A stretch of 64,000 bases of DNA, taken from assembly GCF_009914755.1 (NCBI RefSeq), contig NC_060927.1. The stretch is one strand, 5' to 3'. The notes under the pieces were generated by a model, which saw only the letters and a program-made list of their open reading frames with translations, was not told where the DNA came from and did no database searches. The stretch's first letter is position 1. Every line of letters begins with the position of its first letter. Below are positions 61,650 through 64,000 of the stretch, piece after piece. Made by a program: the position numbers and the translations under genes. The stretch comes from the human T2T-CHM13v2.0 reference genome, Homo sapiens.

Positions 61650-62740
61650 CTTTTAAAAAAATTATGAATTATTTCAAACATGAAAAAGAGAATGATGTAA
61701 CAAAGTTACGTGCCTATCATCCAGCTTTGTAGCATCTTAACATTATGCCGTACTTGCCTCAGATTTTTCTATTTTAAGAAGTAAAACATTACAGATAAAG
61801 TTGAATCCCCTCCGCAAACCTCTCCCCATCTGCATAATTCACTCCTTGTCCCAGAAACAACTTCTGTCTTAAATTTAGCATTAATCATTACCATGTGTGT
61901 ATTTAACTGTTAATTCCGAGATAATTGTAATTCACATGCAATAAGAAACAATACAGAGATGCCGTATACCCTTCATCCAGTTTCCCCCAATGTCATCACC
62001 ATAGTATTAACACAAGTACCACAACTGAGATGGAGATGCTGACGCAAGGAAGCCGAACTTGTGGAGAGTTCACCGGCTTTACATGAGCTTGTGTGTGGGT
62101 GTGCGTGTGTATTTTCTATGCAATGGCACCACATGTGAGTTAATGTGGCCACCACCACTGTCAAGATTCAGGACAGTTCATCACAAGGGTCCTTGTACTA
62201 CCCTTTTTTTAAAGCTATGGTCACCTCTCTCTTCCCCCGACTCCCTGGCCATGGCAACCACTAATCTGTTCCCCGTTTCCAAGCTTTCATCATTTCCAGC
62301 CTGTTATATAAATGGAATCATACAGTCTGTAACTTTCGGAGCTTGGCTTCTTTGCTCAGCAGAATCCCCCTGAGATCCAAGCAAGCTGCTGTACGTGCTG
62401 ATAATCTGTTCCTTTTGATTGCTGAGTGGTATTTCATGGGACAGACAGACTGTCCCTCATGAGTTCAATTAGGTTGAACCAATGGAAACTGCTATTTTTG
62501 AATGTCAAAAATGGTCAAATATGGGCAAGTTCATGCAGTTTAACCTAATGAGACTCCTGACCTCAAGTAATCCACCTGCCTTGGCCTCCCACAGTGCTGG
62601 GATTACAGGTGTAAGCCACCATGCCCGGCTGTAACTGCGCCCGGTTGTAACACTGTTTCTGAGATTCATTCATGTTTATGGCTCTAGTGTGTTCCTTTTT
62701 AACTGCTCTATAGATGCCATGATATGAATATGCTGCAAAG
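61650..62740 (-). mobile_element. Old L1M fragments with small nested MADE2 and Alu pieces
   Basis: ggcaaccactaatctg; atataaatggaatcatacag; gagattcattcatgt motifs. Confidence 0.75.
62469..62548. mobile_element. MADE2-like 80-bp mariner MITE
   Basis: TIRs ttaggttgaacc ... gtttaacctaa, 80 bp. Confidence 0.75.
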
Positions 62741-64000
62741 ACTTATCCCTTCCCTGAGTGCCTCCCTTATTTCCTTCTCCCCTTCACACATTAGACACAC
62801 AGTCTTTGGCACCTGCTTCATGCTGGCCCTGTGCCCGCCGCAGGGCCGTGTGAACACCATTAGCTCCTGTCCTGGAGACTCCCAGAACACCAGCTGCATC
62901 TCCCCAGCACCTGTCACTTCCTCACATGGCTGCCCGAACACGGGCTGTTTCATGCCTCTGTGCCTTCACCTCTGCTGCTCCTCCCAGGTGGGTCCCTCTC
63001 CCTTCCCTGCCAGGCAAACTTCCTCTTGTCCTTTAAGGACCAGCTCAAATATCTCCTTGTTTTTGAAAACTGCCATGTGGGTCTTTCTTCCCCTGTGTAA
63101 ACAAGCTGAATTCTATTCCTCTCTGGGTTCTCAGGGTCAGTGCAAAGCCCAGCACACAGCAGGTGCTTATTAACTGTTTGCTAGATGGCTTAATGCAGAC
63201 CAGAGTGGTGGGGGAGACTGGTTAATGGTAAGGACGAGATGCCTCCATATGGGCACTGATGTTGGATTCACAGGAGGCTGTGAAAGTGCAGATTTGCAGG
63301 TGGCTCCCATGTGCACCCCCCAACCCCAATGCACACACCCACTCATGCCACTTAATAACATTGAGACAGGTGACTCAGGTGGAGCTGGCTTCAGGGGTGC
63401 TGAAAGACAACAGAGATAAACCCAAACTCTAGAGAGATTCTGAAGACGAAATAGCTATGAACACGCCTGTGTCCCCCTGAAGTACCAGATGAACCTCTCA
63501 CAAGGAGCCCTCTGCATCCTCGTCCTCAGTCTCCCTCATATTACCCAAAAGAGCAGCCCAGACAGGAAGAAGGTGGACTCAGGAAGATGTCAGCATGGAC
63601 TGGCTGTGCAGGGACAGGGAGGACCCTCTGTCAGCAACTGGATGTATCCCTGGCCTATTCTTCCCTCTTCTGCAGCTAGGGCTCGGGCCCAAAGAGCAGA
63701 CCCGATTCACATGGGGGGAATACAGGCATTGACACGCAGTGGTCCTGAGACCTGGGGATGCATAGGAAAAAAAAGAGCCTTTGAACCTAAACCAGGTCCT
63801 CAGTTTCCCCATCTGTAAGATGGAGAGGCTGGAGCACATGCTTTCTAGCTCAGAGAAATATCAACCCTCTCCTTAAAGTGGATGTGGTGAGGGAGGGTAG
63901 AGTGAGGAAGAACTGCAGGTCCCTTGGTGGATGGTACGGGGGCCGTGGATAGGGAGCAAGGCTCAGAGCACCTCCCCGGCTCCCATGGCCATACTGACCT

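Overview
Primate (very probably human chr3p25.3) genomic DNA with two minus-strand genes in tandem. (1) The complete SEC13 gene (COPII / Nup107-160 / GATOR2 WD40 protein): 9 coding exons reconstruct a 322-aa ORF from ATG 22361 to TGA 2561, with a CpG-island promoter at ~22.1-22.6 kb and an optional exon at ~20.4-20.6 kb. (2) The 3' half of ATP2B2 (PMCA2, plasma-membrane Ca2+ ATPase): 11 constitutive exons from 61436 to the ETSL* stop at 30124, the site-C alternative exons (172/87 nt and 55 nt), and a ~4.8-kb 3'UTR with two poly(A) signals ending only ~2.9 kb upstream of SEC13. MIR378B lies antisense in the last ATP2B2 intron. The rest is intronic DNA rich in Alu, MIR, L1M, THE1/MLT1 LTRs and DNA transposons (MER6, MER119, MER5, MADE2). 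No new protein-coding system is supported, and the other ORFs in the track are spurious. The most unusual unexplained signals are a strand-biased array of ~28 TGAC motifs (including a perfect AGGTCA DR1+DR4) just downstream of the PMCA2a exon, and two non-TE duplications of ATP2B2 splice-site-flanking sequence placed 1.0-1.6 kb upstream in the preceding intron. Repeat family names and isoform names are from recall, not from database searches.
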